Origin: Octopus bimaculoides
Taxonomy: Eukaryota
Length of the DNA stretch: 64,000 nt
Direction: 5' to 3'
Assembly: GCF_001194135.2 (NCBI RefSeq)
Contig: NC_068983.1
Coordinates: forward strand, 26,245,083 to 26,309,082
Shown here: positions 1-12,568 of the stretch, piece by piece
Numbering within the stretch: the stretch's first letter is position 1
Layout of the letters: every line of letters starts with the position of its first letter
The notes under the pieces: model-generated
What the model was told of the DNA's origin: nothing
Database searches by the model: none
Seen by the model: the letters and a program-made list of their open reading frames with translations, nothing else
Program-made: the position numbers and the translations under genes

Positions 1-559
1 ATAGTATTGGTTTATGAATTTGTATTGCAAAATTCCTGATGTGAAACTAAGTTGAAACAGATGTTATATTTCGGGCTGGTCATATTTTATTTTGTTTTGT
101 ATTTTTGGTGGGGGGGGGGGATAAGCAGAGAAGGAGGATACACGTGAATAAAGATGGTAACTGAATAATAGGTCGCAGATATGTCACGAATGGTTTCCAG
201 ACAAATGAAAGAAGAGCACTCAACAAATTTATTGGGAATTACATGTATGGATCGAAACATTTTCATTCAAATTCGTTGATACTCCAACTTTCAAGCGTGA
301 TGCTAGTCTTCAGGCATATTGAATTTGATCCTCAAATTCAAAATAGTTGAAGACTAGCACCACGCTTAAATCACGGAGTGCAAACGAATCTGAATCAAGG
401 AGCGAAATCAATTGATACTGGGATATCTACCATCGTATTTGTAGTTTTACAGATGGGGATAACCGTTTTATCTAAATGTATTTACTACATTCTCTGTGCG
501 TATATAGTGAGAGATACGAGTCTTTGGAGAGCTTTACCCTGACTTTTAATACACACAGA

Positions 560-565
560 GACACA

Positions 566-652
<87 letters not shown>

Positions 653-670
653 ACACACACACACACACAC
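560..670. repeat. (CA)n microsatellite
   Basis: Near-perfect CA dinucleotide run read directly. Confidence 0.98.
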
Positions 671-1348
671 ATCAATTCAGAGTTGTGTTTTGCAATTGAT
701 AACTATTATCGATTGTGAAATATATCTGCTTGTTTTTATTGATATTACATAAACCTGAAGATTGCAAAAAGCATGATACTGCTTGTATTATGATATTGTG
801 TAATATAAGACTGTAAAACATTCAAAACTGAAAAATATAAATCAGACTAGATTTTATTCAAAGTCGGACTAACGATTATGGATAAAATTAATATGAGTGC
901 GTGTGTATGTGTTTGTGTGTTGTCTGTGTGAGTGGGTGTATCTTTATGCATGTGTATGCGAGGGTTTGTTTTTCTGTATGTACATTTGCAAAATACCGTA
1001 AAATTGTGTATGTCTTCCAACCTGTAGCAAAATATTGAACAACGATACCTAAGTACATGCCTTCAACCTTTCCTTTCGACTGTACACATTTTGAGTAAAA
1101 ATACTTTCTCGGAAATGATCACGATTTTATTTTTCTTTCCATAATTTTATTTACAATGTAATTTCTGTTCTGCTGAGCTGTGGCTGATATTTACTAAATC
1201 TTGTTACATCACAAGTTTGTGCTTGAATTTAAATGACACAAAGAAGACTTAGTTAATTTTATTCTTAGGCATTTTCTCATTACATGGGCAGAAGATATGT
1301 CGAAAACACATTCTGATTTTTTTTTCTTAAATACAATTGCGAATGGCA

Positions 1349-1400
1349 TATTTACTTCAGGATTCAATATCCGGTTTGGAAATGCATCAAATATTGCAAC
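1349..1400 (-). CDS. Candidate 52-nt internal exon (QRVAIFDAFPNRILNPE)
   Basis: Minus strand: ttttcttttctttatttaag|G acceptor, GAA|gtaaat donor, one open frame. Could be chance in AT-rich DNA. Confidence 0.3.
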
Positions 1401-1490
1401 ACGTTGCCTTAAATAAAGAAAAGAAAATATGTACTCGAAGTGCATAACTGGAAAAATTAAAACTAATGTATACTACCAAAGTATTCGGCA

Positions 1491-1629
1491 TTATGTAGCT
1501 GTGTGTTAAGAAGCTTGCTTCCCAATCACATGGTTACAGGTTCATTACCACTACGTGGCACCTTGGGCAAGTGTCTCCGACCAAAGCCTTATTAGTGGAC
1601 TTGGTTGATAGGAACTTAACGAAACACGT

Positions 1630-1630
<1 letters not shown>
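1491..1630 (+). mobile_element. tRNA-derived SINE family A (head and core, truncated)
   Basis: Contains ggcaccttgggcaagtgtct...ccaaagcctt...gtggacttgg, shared with copies at 10.8, 29.2, 29.6, 48.6, 55.1 and 59.7 kb. The CCTTGGGCAAG motif resembles the CORE-SINE domain. Confidence 0.85.
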
Positions 1631-1672
<42 letters not shown>

Positions 1673-2180
1673 NNNNNNNNNNNNNNNNNNNNNNNNNNNN
1701 NNNNNNNNNNNNNNNNNNNNNNNNNNNNNNNNNNNNNNNNNNNNNNNNNNNNNNNNNNNNNNNNNNNNNNNNNNNNNNNNNNNNNNNNNNNNNNNNNNNN
1801 NNNNNNNNNNNNNNNNNNNNNNNNNNNNNNNNNNNNNNNNNNNNNNNNNNNNNNNNNNNNNNNNNNNNNNNNNNNNNNNNNNNNNNNNNNNNNNNNNNNN
1901 NNNNNNNNNNNNNNNNNNNNNNNNNNNNNNNNNNNNNNNNNNNNNNNNNNNNNNNNNNNNNNNNNNNNNNNNNNNNNNNNNNNNNNNNNNNNNNNNNNNN
2001 NNNNNNNNNNNNNNNNNNNNNNNNNNNNNNNNNNNNNNNNNNNNNNNNNNNNNNNNNNNNNNNNNNNNNNNNNNNNNNNNNNNNNNNNNNNNNNNNNNNN
2101 NNNNNNNNNNNNNNNNNNNNNNNNNNNNNNNNNNNNNNNNNNNNNNNNNNNNNNNNNNNNNNNNNNNNNNNNNNNNNNNN
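1673..2180. other. Assembly gap flanked by (TA)n
   Basis: Run of N. Other gaps: 15201-15527, 17501-18479, 28082-28187, 32257-32694, 37890-37984, 44748-44971, 46376-46475, 62928-63190 and several short ones. Confidence 1.
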
Positions 2181-2181
2181 N

Positions 2182-2214
<33 letters not shown>

Positions 2215-2532
2215 GAATACCGTGCACAAGTCTGCGGCTACTTTAAACTATTGTAAATTTCTTCTAATTGCTAACTGATAAGTGGATGATTTGCTTTGCG
2301 TTTTTTACAGAAGTATCATTGTCTTTGCTGGAGTCATTTCACTACTTAATTCGTATATGTTCTAGTAGGGGTTTGAATGGAGGGAACATGCGAGAAGACC
2401 ACCAAAAGTGGTCATGCAAAATATTTCGGCCACCTGACGGAAACAAACCAAGATATAGTGTTTTAAAAGAGAAAAATGTATATAATGAAAACTTGTTGCA
2501 TAATTTTCGTTTTATCAATTTATTTTACATTG

Positions 2533-2975
2533 TTAATATTTCACGTGGGTTCCCTTAGCTTGAATAATTGCCTCAATGCACGTGGGAAAAGATGCGTACA
2601 AAAACATCTTGATAGGTATGAGATGCCATTCTCTGTGGCTGGGCTCCCATAACTCTTCCAGATTGCATGGATTCTTCTGACAAACTCTTCTCTTTAGTTC
2701 TGTTCACATTTGCTCGATGATATTAAAGTCAGGCCTCTGAGGTGGCCAATCATTCAATGTCGTGACACCTTCAGGAAACAGAGTCTGTTGTATTGCACGC
2801 AAACTGTGGTATGGAGCTCCGTTGTGTATCAAATTGTCTTTCAGCAACTGGATGTATTTTGGCACTATTCAACTTAGCGTCAATTGTAACCAACTTTCTT
2901 GAACCACCACTTATTATGTATCCCTAAAGCATTAGACTGATACCCACAAACTTCACAGTTTTCGTCGTGTAACGT
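2533..2975 (-). mobile_element. Tc1-family transposase C-terminal relic (frameshifted, with stops)
   Basis: Manual translation: SRYTTKTVKFVGISLML*GYIISGGSRKLVTIDAKLNSAK/YIQLLKDNLIHNGAPYHS...DWPPQRPDFNIIEQM*TELKRRV...NLEELW...CIEAIIQAKGTHVKY*. Matches the Tc1 motifs TVKFGGGS, DNAPCH, WPPQSPDLNPIE and the GG.TKY end. Confidence 0.9.
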
Positions 2976-3539
2976 GAGAAGTTTCACATACTAATAAGCG
3001 AGAATTTATCAGAAGGCCTCCAGGAAACACCTCTCTCTCTCTCTCTCTCTCTCTCTCTTCAACTTCGTTCGCTTCTAGGATACAATTCTCTCTTTCTTCA
3101 ACTTCATTGATTAGATTGTTCAACATACATATCTGCTTCATATTTCAATTGTTCACTTATATAGTGAAGTCCTTTACATTTACACCCAACATTCTAAATA
3201 AATACAGTCATCAAATTAAATTAATCGCCTTTTTATTAATTTCTTTTCGGTTATTGTTGCAGGAATTATTTTCTGGAAACAATAAGATTGTAGTTATTTT
3301 ATGATAAAATGATAATAACTCCGTTATTTCTACATATAAGTCTACATTACTTGATGGAATTTTAGAATGTTTTATATATAAGTTTTGTAGTTGAGAACAT
3401 TTTTTCAGCATTTAGAATAATATATATAATTAAATTCAGATTATTTCTTTATTTCTGTTCACTATTACTAAAGCATTTGTTGCAGGTCCTCCAGCAAAAA
3501 TTGAACGCTAATACGTCGTTTTAGACGGGAGATTTCCTC

Positions 3540-3616
3540 ATCATATATATGCTTACATACAGACACACATATATGTATATATTTATATATATATTACACA
3601 CACACACACACATACC

Positions 3617-3679
<63 letters not shown>

Positions 3680-3782
3680 NNNNNNNNNNCATATATACAT
3701 ATATACACGCATCTACATGCATGCACGTATATATACTCATATATGTGTATATTTATATATATAAATATATATTATATCCGTG

Positions 3783-3826
<44 letters not shown>

Positions 3827-3900
3827 TGCGTATATATATGCTTGTATACATATGTATATACATATACTTTTGTGTATGTGTGTGTGTGAGCTTGGTTCAG
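3540..3900. repeat. Compound (TA)/(CA)/(TG) microsatellite tract
   Basis: Direct reading; contains a 10-N gap. Confidence 0.95.
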
Positions 3901-4474
3901 TTTGTGTATGTGTGTGCATATGTGTATGTGTGGTTGGATTGGGTAGGTGGTCTTGTGTGTCTGTGTCTGTATGCTTGCGTACAGAAAGCTGATGATTAGT
4001 GATGAGATATGTGAATGAGAATTTTAGTTGCCCTGTGACTTCTAAATGTACTGGTTACTCTGCAAATCATAGAAGTCATGGGTCCCATGTCAGTCGTGTT
4101 TATTCTTCCTATTATACCTTCTTTATATAGAAAACCACCTTCTGGTTTTGGCAGAAAATTTATCAGCTATATATTAATGAATTTTAATTTATATTTTCAA
4201 TGCGTTCTCTTTAACCAGAGACACTGTCCAGTTCTTCTGCATTCTAGTTTCAGCAACCTATTAAGTTCTGGAACCTGTTATTGTCTCCGTGGAGACAGGT
4301 TTGGATTGCGTTATTCATTGCGAGATAAATTTGTAATTTCATCAATAAATGTAATCCTTGCATTTCAGATATTTCCTTTTAAGTTCATTTCCATACCAGG
4401 AATTAAGTGATGTGCTTCCATCTAATGAGCTTAATCTATCTCGTGTCTATTAACTGCGAATTATCTGTGTGAGG

Positions 4475-4704
4475 AAAGCGGTGTTCCAGGATCTTCTCAG
4501 GGATATAATAAGAAACGAATGCACCAGGTTTTGGAGCCGTCTTCAGGCCACAGTGAAAGCTGAGGATGGCTATTTAGAGTAAAGTGTTATGTCCCAGTCA
4601 TAATCTAGTTGCTATTTAACAATATACTAGTAGTTTTGGATGCGATGTTGTGTTTTCTTTTTTCTTTGATGGAAAGTGTTCAAATTTATCCCGAACAAAC
4701 TGTA
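4475..4704 (+). mobile_element. IS630-Tc1-mariner relic (maT/DD37D-like C-terminus plus right TIR)
   Basis: KAVFQDLLRD/IRNECTRFWSRLQATVKAEDGYLE* (4475-4582) resembles the R..A...EGGY.E* ending. It is followed by ...aaatttatcccgaacaaactgTA, whose reverse complement TACAGTTTGTTCGGGATAAATTTG is mariner-TIR-like. Confidence 0.65.
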
Positions 4705-6439
4705 ATAATACGATATTCACATGGCTGAGAATTTTCGTTATTTCCATAGTCAAAATGTCTTTTTCAACCTTTGCTCTTGCAATGAAATTAGTCTCTGCTG
4801 TCACATACACTGTTAGTGATGCCTGTAGTCATTAGCCATATAGGTAAATACATGAATTCCTCGTTACTTTAAGGAAACAAGAAAGGCTCATACCAGTAAA
4901 TAATCTAACTGATCTTTATCACCGAAATGTAACAAAATTATGTCTTAATTATAAAAGTGCTTGCGTTTCCCAATGATATTTGGTCGTAAATATCTCATAC
5001 CTCAAGAAAAAAATGGATGGTTACAGATTGAAAATATTTTCGACTAGTATTTGATCAATATGGCTTCTCTGGATTACACTACAATAGCAATATACTATAT
5101 TACTAGCCTGTATCTACAAAAAAGACACAGAAATAGAATAGAAATTGGTGGAGAAACTAAAATCATCCTGTATGAATATTGATATATTTGCCTCGATTGA
5201 GTTCTCATACGGCTAAGAGATACAAAATAGTCAATATAATACTAACTACTTATAAATTACTTAGTATATTGTATTTTTAATTCATTGTTCTCTAATATAT
5301 ATGATAATATTTATTTACATTCTTACAAAGATTGTCTTCTGGCTTTATTCTAAAATTTTCCAATCATAAGAAAAAAACAGAAATAAAGAATGAAAGGAAA
5401 AGTTCGTTTACTAAATGCTATTATTTCTCAAATAGAAGAGAGATATTTAATCCAATTCGAAGTTTTCTGAATACAATTTTCCATTAGCTAAAATTATCTT
5501 CGCAGACAAACAGACATATATTTTCTCCATTCGTTATCATCTAATCGATATCATATTTAAGTCTTTCCTACCTCAACTACTGGAAGATTAACGTTGAAAT
5601 AACTTACCTCTATGATTAATAGACTTTATCGAAACACCAAAGAAATGATAACCAAAAAATGAGAGAATCTTGTATATCTCAAGACTATTTTCATAATATC
5701 AATTTACTGCGTGCCTTAGAGTTCAGCTTAATAGTATCGGCAAAGACATTAAAACTTATATGGCTGAATGATAAATAAATTCAGAGACAGGGTGTTCATC
5801 AGCAGCATGATACGAACTAATTCAGAATTGAATAACAGAGTGCAAGAATGATAAATACATTCTCCGAACGAGTGTTAGATAAAAGACTAATAGTTGGAAT
5901 GCGATGTTGTGCCAAATATAAGCTCCTAGTGTGCTAAGTTAATAACAAATTTAAATGAAGGTAAACGTTTTATCATTCCTCGTCTGCTTAAAGTTCTTAA
6001 GAAAAACATAATCAGAGAAGAAATTTATCGAAGGTAATTCAGGATGTGAGAAGGTGAATTAGAAATATGCTTGAAGAGGACGTGAATAAATACTTCGGTT
6101 ATATACAAGATATAAGTGGGAAGAGAAAAAAAAACAGAAACGATTTTGCTAAAGTGATTTTTCAAATATGGAGAAGAAACATTTCGGTGCCGCCAAAATT
6201 TATGCATCCAGAATTCGCAAAATATATTCATAATTATAAATCAAAAAGCAAACCAGTTGAGAATTTGATCTATGCTACCGATACCAAAATGTAAAAGATA
6301 AAATTCACATTGAATTATTTGAAATCTAAAAGCAACAAACGAACAAATTACAGCAAAGAATTTTCTTCCGACAATCTAAATATTCTGCCAAATTATCTCA
6401 AGTATTTTTTTTTCTAATATAGCCCCGAGGTTGTTAATT

Positions 6440-6610
6440 AAGAGTGTAACCGGTGGTTGACTAAATATTCATCAGTACTTGACTGGCATTATTTCATCGA
6501 CCACAGAGTGATGTAAGAATATTTTTATCTAGGTGGTATTTGAACTCAAAACTAAAAAAATACCCAGAGATATTTTCACCAACGCGCTAACGCTTCTGCT
6601 AGTTCACATC
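6440..6610 (-). mobile_element. SINE family B, degenerate
   Basis: Reverse complement resembles gcgagctggcagaa.cgttagcacgcc seen at 12411. Confidence 0.55.
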
Positions 6611-6952
6611 ACGGTTAAGTCGTATATACAAAAGCGGTGTAAGAAAATTGTAATAAAATACATGAGTATATACAACGTTCTATAAAAAGTAGAAATAGTA
6701 TCATAACGTCATACATTACATATTAATAGGTTTTTGTTAAATTCCACAAAATAATGAACTATTAATCATGAATAAACAAAATAATTCGTAATTTCTTTTG
6801 CATACTAGGACCAACAGGATTGAGTAACACAATAGTTCCCGTAGTGTACATAGTAAATTATATAGAATATAAGATAACGGTTATGATTTCTGTCCTCAAT
6901 CATATGAATATATATTTGTATGAATATGTGTATATACGTTTGTGAATGTTTG

Positions 6953-6954
<2 letters not shown>

Positions 6955-6994
<40 letters not shown>

Positions 6995-7055
6995 CGTGTG
7001 TGCGTATGTGTGTGTGTGTGTGTGTGCGTGTGTGTGTGTGTGCGTGTGTGTGTGT
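6955..7055. repeat. (TG)n microsatellite
   Basis: Direct reading. Confidence 0.97.
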
Positions 7056-7279
7056 AGGTAGTACAGCTTTGATAACAATAGGATGAACCATAATTCCTCT
7101 ATTTTCTATTTCTCTTCTCTCATTATTTAGCATTTTCATCAATTAAAAAATAAGATCCGTTATATATTCCTATTGCACCATGCCATAGTTTTGTTATAGA
7201 ACTCTATTTGAAACGTCTGTAGCTGATTAAATCGTTGATTGCTCTTCATTCTTTGTATTTATATATATGTATACGTATG

Positions 7280-7321
<42 letters not shown>

Positions 7322-8981
7322 AGAGTATTGTAGTTCGCTTGAAGCATTATGTATATATGTTTACACACACATAGATATATACATATGTGTATGCATGTAT
7401 GTATGTGTACGTGCATGTGCTTGCATGCGCGTGAGTGTGTGTGTTTGTGTGAGCGTGTGCGCATTTATATATGTTTATAGTAATGCCGAGGGGAAACAAA
7501 CTGTACTAAAATTTAAACTCTGCGTTGAATATTGAATCAAATCATCAATAAATATTCTATGTATATCTTTAAAAATCTTTGAAATTATAGTCTCAATTTA
7601 ACACGCATATTAATAAATTACAGCTTCTAGCGATCAATAACTCCTCGCTGGAATGTGTGTCTGTTTTTTTTTTTCTTGAACGGTTATCGTTATACATGAA
7701 ATATATTTATGTGCACTATACATTATGACGTTATTCGAACATTACAACTAAAATTTACATTCTAGCTAACATATCTTGATAAATTCTAAATGAGCAATGA
7801 AAGAACAAATTCTTCATTTGTACTTTATCAGGTCTTGATTCGACACTGGAGACTTCGCATCATGATATCTCTCTGCTGGAATCAGGCCAACTGAAACTCT
7901 TTTCATCTCCCTACCATTCTCCTTTACATCTGTCTCACTTTGTATCTTTTATTTAATTCTCGTCACAGCAAGGGTTAGTAGATAAGATATTGAGGTGAAA
8001 TGTATAACTAAGAATAGAACTTGCAATATCATTTCACCAGGAGCGAAGGCGTTTCTCCAGAAACTTACTGACGCACCATGACATTTTCCTCTCATTTTGA
8101 ATAATATAGATATTGTTTTCTGAATTATATAATCCGTTTCTTGTTATATTTGAATCACAGTTTATCAGGGGTCATGTGCGACCTTAAGATTCATGAAACA
8201 TATATCAAAAATATATGCTATTTATTACGTTTTCTCGCCTAAACCAACAACCCACTTGAGTTCCCAACAATATATAGTGACATGGTAATCTTACTACTGT
8301 ATAAAGAAGAAATCTCTGGTAATTATATAAAGAAATTCATATTAAATTTTCCCGTACGTGTAATATTTCTAATAAGAAAAGCGACTAACATTACTTAATA
8401 CAAATCAAAACAATTCGATTATTATTTACACAGTTTTGAGATATTTGAAAATACAACGTTGTCCTTTTAATGATAAACTCTAAAAGTAAAGCAATGAAGT
8501 CTAGCAAATATTGTTTTACCTTAAAATACGATATTTGTCATTTAATAAATCATTGACCAGTCACTGTCTATGAAATCAACGCATCTAATAAACTTCTAAG
8601 CCTATTTGGTATTATCTTTTGAAACCCAGATTCTTTCAAAAATAATTAAAAGTAATTTCCTGTAACACAAACGGTCAAGATATAATCTTCATTGAGACTT
8701 GTTTCTTCGTTCAGATGCGAATAACACGTTATCAAAATAATGTGAACAGAATTCACTAAGTCAAGAGCGATTAAATTAATAACACGTAAATAACAAGTGA
8801 ATTTGGAATGCTGATTACAAACAAAACGAATAATGATAAAAACATTTTATGAAGTAAACGATACTGCCAATGTCCAACGAAACGATGTCACTAGAACAAC
8901 ATTGAAAACGGTCTAATGAGAATATATGTCAACCATGATTGCTGAAAATCATATGATCATGACCATCGTCATTCTTCTCTT

Positions 8982-9090
8982 CCTCGTCGTCGTCGTCGTT
9001 GTCGTATTCGTCGTCCTCGTCCTCCTCCTCGTCCTCCTCCTCGTCCTCCTCCTCGTCCTCCTCCTCGTCCTCCTCCTCGTCCTCCTCTTC
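8982..9090. repeat. (GTC)n grading into a 12-bp (CTCCTCCTCGTC)n repeat
   Basis: About 6 copies of the 12-mer read directly. Confidence 0.95.
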
Positions 9091-9298
9091 CACCACTTTC
9101 CACCTTTCCTACTCCTTCTCCTCTGTTTCTCCTTTCCTTCTCTTCCGCCTCCTTCTCCTCCTCCTCATTATTATCATCATGATCACCTATGTGTATGTTT
9201 ACAGGTATATATTTATATGTATGTATGTATATAGTTATAATTAAGTAGTGAATGGAGAAACAAACACAAGAAGAAGCATGTATATGTATGTATGTATG

Positions 9299-9331
<33 letters not shown>

Positions 9332-9489
9332 GAATTGTCAACCACACAGCCAGATGTTATTAAACAATTAAACACTCCTGGTCGATATACACTTCCGAGC
9401 GTTACTTTATCTTTCGAATAATGACACCCCACTAGTTAGGTAGGCAGTTCAACTTTCTCGTAAACGGAACGCCGGTTGATCACAGGGTT

Positions 9490-9620
9490 GATCACATTTA
9501 CAGCTGAGTTTCCCAGAGCAATATGAAATGAGATATTTTGCTAAAGAGCCTAATGCACCACCGGTTTGAAATCGAACGCACAATTCTGTGCTCGTGATTG
9601 CCACACTTTAAGCACGAATT
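9490..9620 (-). mobile_element. SINE family C fragment
   Basis: acagctgagt...agcaat.tgaaat..ttgct.aag..c.taa.gcac...aatcgaac; a related fragment lies at about 60370-60500. Confidence 0.5.
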
Positions 9621-9934
9621 CCTACACCACTACGCACACATACACACAAATATACACAAAGACACACACACATTTCTATACAAACGTAAGTACACGGAGG
9701 AACACATATGTTTTTGCCACAGTGTGAAACTAATAGAATTATAAAATGCTACACTCTTCGAACTGCAACGGAATATGTATGAAGCTCGAAGAGATAAGCA
9801 GATATGTCAGATTGTGCTACTGCTATTTTGGCTGTCATTCTAGTCTGACTAAGTATCAGGAATTTGCTTTCAAGCATATCTCTAAACTGTTACCCAACGT
9901 CGCGCTGCCTCCTTGATAGTACAGGTTTCAATCG

Positions 9935-10299
9935 TTGGCACTCCGTCGCTTACGACGTCGGGGGTTCCAGTTGATCTGATCAATGGAACAGCCTGTTCGT
10001 GAAGTTAACGTGCAAGTGGCTGAGCACTCCACAGACACGTGTACCCGGGATATTCAGCGTGACACAGTTTGACAAGGCTGACCCTTTGAATTACAGGCAC
10101 AACAGAAACAGGAAGTAAGAGTGAAAGAAAGTCGTGGTGGAAGAGTACAGCAGGGTTCGCCACCATCCCCTACCGGAGCCTCGTGGATCATTTAGTGTTT
10201 TCGCTCAATAGACACTCACAACGCTCGATCTGACAATCGAAACTGCGATCCTATGAACGCGAGTCCGCTGCCCTAACCACTGGACCATTGCGACTCCAC
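9935..10299 (-). mobile_element. Near full-length tRNA-derived SINE family D with target-site duplication
   Basis: Minus-strand head GTGGAGTCGCAATGGTCCAGTGGTTAGGGCAGCGGACTCG (A box TGGTCCAGTGG, decayed B box). Flanks caggtttcaatcg (9922-9934) and caggattcaatcg (10301-10313) match at 12/13. Confidence 0.9.
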
Positions 10300-10794
10300 T
10301 CAGGATTCAATCGACAAAAGCAACAACACTTCTATTTTTTTATTTATATATTTTTTACAGACTTTTCTACTTCCACCTTACTGTATATGAAATAATGGCA
10401 TAGCATTGTTGAAACAGCATCGTATCTCTTAATCTGTTTATAAAAATGCAAATGTTTGAAATTAATATGTTTTCATTAACTTATTGTTTGACACAATTAA
10501 ATTACATTTTTGAACGGATTTTTATTAGAAGTTTGTAAATAGCTTGGACAAAACTGTTAGATTTGTGTAATTATACAAGTACAGTAGGGTTTGCTCTAAT
10601 TAGAATAGAACTATAGCAATGAATAGCATTAATTAGAATGCCAGCATTAAAAGTAATGATGATCATATGCAAATGTTTCTGTTCTACATAGACTCTGGTA
10701 AGACTAGTGTTGTTCTAGTTTGTCACTTTATGTACTGCTTTAATTACTATTCCTCTTTTTAGAATTATACCCTCACCACTCATTCAAATACACT

Positions 10795-10935
10795 CCATAT
10801 ACACAATAACCTGCTTCCCAACCTCATGGCTTTGGGTTCAGTCTCACTGCGGGGCACCTTGGGCAAGTCTTCTACTATAGCCCCGGACTGAGCAAAGGCT
10901 TGTGAGTGGATTTGGTAGACGGAAACGTATAGAAG
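10795..10935 (+). mobile_element. SINE family A
   Basis: ggcaccttgggcaagtcttctactatagccc...gtgagtggatttggtagacggaaac. Confidence 0.85.
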
Positions 10936-12410
10936 AGTGCGTGTGTGTGTGTCTATATTACTAACATTTTTATGTATCGTTAGCTTAAATTCTACACAAT
11001 CTTTCGTACACTCAAGGCGCGCGAACACACTCGCACAGACATATACATACACTAGGAACGCACGCACACGCACATACCCATAAGTACTAAGACATGTATA
11101 TTGAACCACGTTCATTCCCTTTGTGTCGTGCATACTCTCTGTGATTTTATAGTCATTTACGTTAGTGTACCAAACATTCCTTTATAATTAAGCCATAACT
11201 GGAGAACTCTAGCTGCGAAATGTACGAAAAGAGTATTATTTTTTATTTTTTTTCTGTGAGCTTTCAGTCGCTGTACGGCTGCCATGCAAGGAAAAGACCT
11301 ACAAGTGTTTTAATCGTTGATATCAGACAGTCTATATTTCTTTCTGCTACCTATGTTATCGAGCGCTTGCTTTTTTTCGAAATTTTCCCATAACTCTCAC
11401 GATTTAGATGATTAGTAAATCCATGTATCACTTACAACCAGTAAGATAACCACAAAAGGACACTGCAACAAAATTCATGATGCACACTTTACACGATTGT
11501 TGTCCACTCATTGGCCGTCTTATAGATTCCTCTCACAATATATTGGTGAACCTCAGGTTACGATAGATTTTTCTTGCAGTGTATCAAGAAAAAGAATCGG
11601 GTCGAGAGGAATGTATTTACAAAGACAACTACTTGGCTGCATGTTTAAGTAGTATAAAGTTTCTGTGAAAGAATATCTCAACTTATTCCTTTATGTTTGT
11701 TCCTCTGAAATTGTATACGAAACCAATAATTTCAGTTTAAATGACTGTTTGATTTGGTCAAAACTGTAGAATAAAAAGATCAAATGATTTAATTTTCTGA
11801 TCACATTTTACATGTTTGTTCATCTACGAAATATGTGTAACATCAATAGGGTTTTGCAATCATGTTCGGAAGCTCGAAGTTTGGATTCTAAGATCATGGT
11901 TTCTTGAGCAAAACATGTCATTTCCCATTTCTCCAATAAATTCAGCTGTAAAGGGGTAACATTGCTATCGACTGGTGTTCGATTCTGAGGAATGTTATTC
12001 TACCCATCGATATAACATACCAGCAATATGATATGGTTGACTGAATCAGTAAATTCATTTATGTCTAATCAACCGATTAGATAAATTGTCTTATGACGAA
12101 TCGATAATAATATGTACTCATAATAATGTAGCCAACTTTAGTTTAATCAACTGAATGATTTTTTAATGATTAGACCAGCAACCCATTGCATACTTTGTAA
12201 ATTTGTAGTATCAATTTTATATATTTCCTCTTGGGTAAATAATCTGGCTGTGCTATAATTACGGAAAAGTAATCACATAAGTGATTCAACTACAGACTGC
12301 TAGAAAATCGAACTGTTAGCGAATGTTAGTGGCGAACATATTTAATGCAGTGAAATAAATATCATACAATTCCATAACATTATAACTCCACTCAGCAGAA
12401 ATTGCAGAAA

Positions 12411-12568
12411 GCGGCGAGCTGGGAGAAACGTTAGCACGCCGAGCGAAATGTTTAGCGGTATTTCGTCTGCTGCTACGTTCTGAGTTCAAATTCCGCCGGG
12501 GTCGATGTAATTGACTTAATCTCTTGTTTGTCCCCTCTATGTCTAGCCCCTTGTGGGCAGTAAAGAAG
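12411..12568 (+). mobile_element. SINE family B with internal deletion
   Basis: gcggcgagctgggagaaacgttagcacgccg...tgagttcaaattccgcc (B box) ...gccccttgtgggcagtaaag. Confidence 0.88.

Noticed and set aside
355-376. miR-29-family seed (TAGCACCA...AAATCA)
   Set aside because: The seed sits mid-arm in the hairpin and the resulting duplex and loop would be non-canonical; probably coincidence.
472-718. HT/CV/IY-repeat ORFs throughout the window
   Set aside because: Translations of dinucleotide microsatellites.
4991-5113. Minus-strand exon with a very strong acceptor and GAG|gtatga donor
   Set aside because: All three frames hit stops before that donor.
8926-9244. Poly-Ser, poly-Leu or acidic repeat ORFs
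   Set aside because: Simple trinucleotide and 12-mer repeat with no coding context or splice support.
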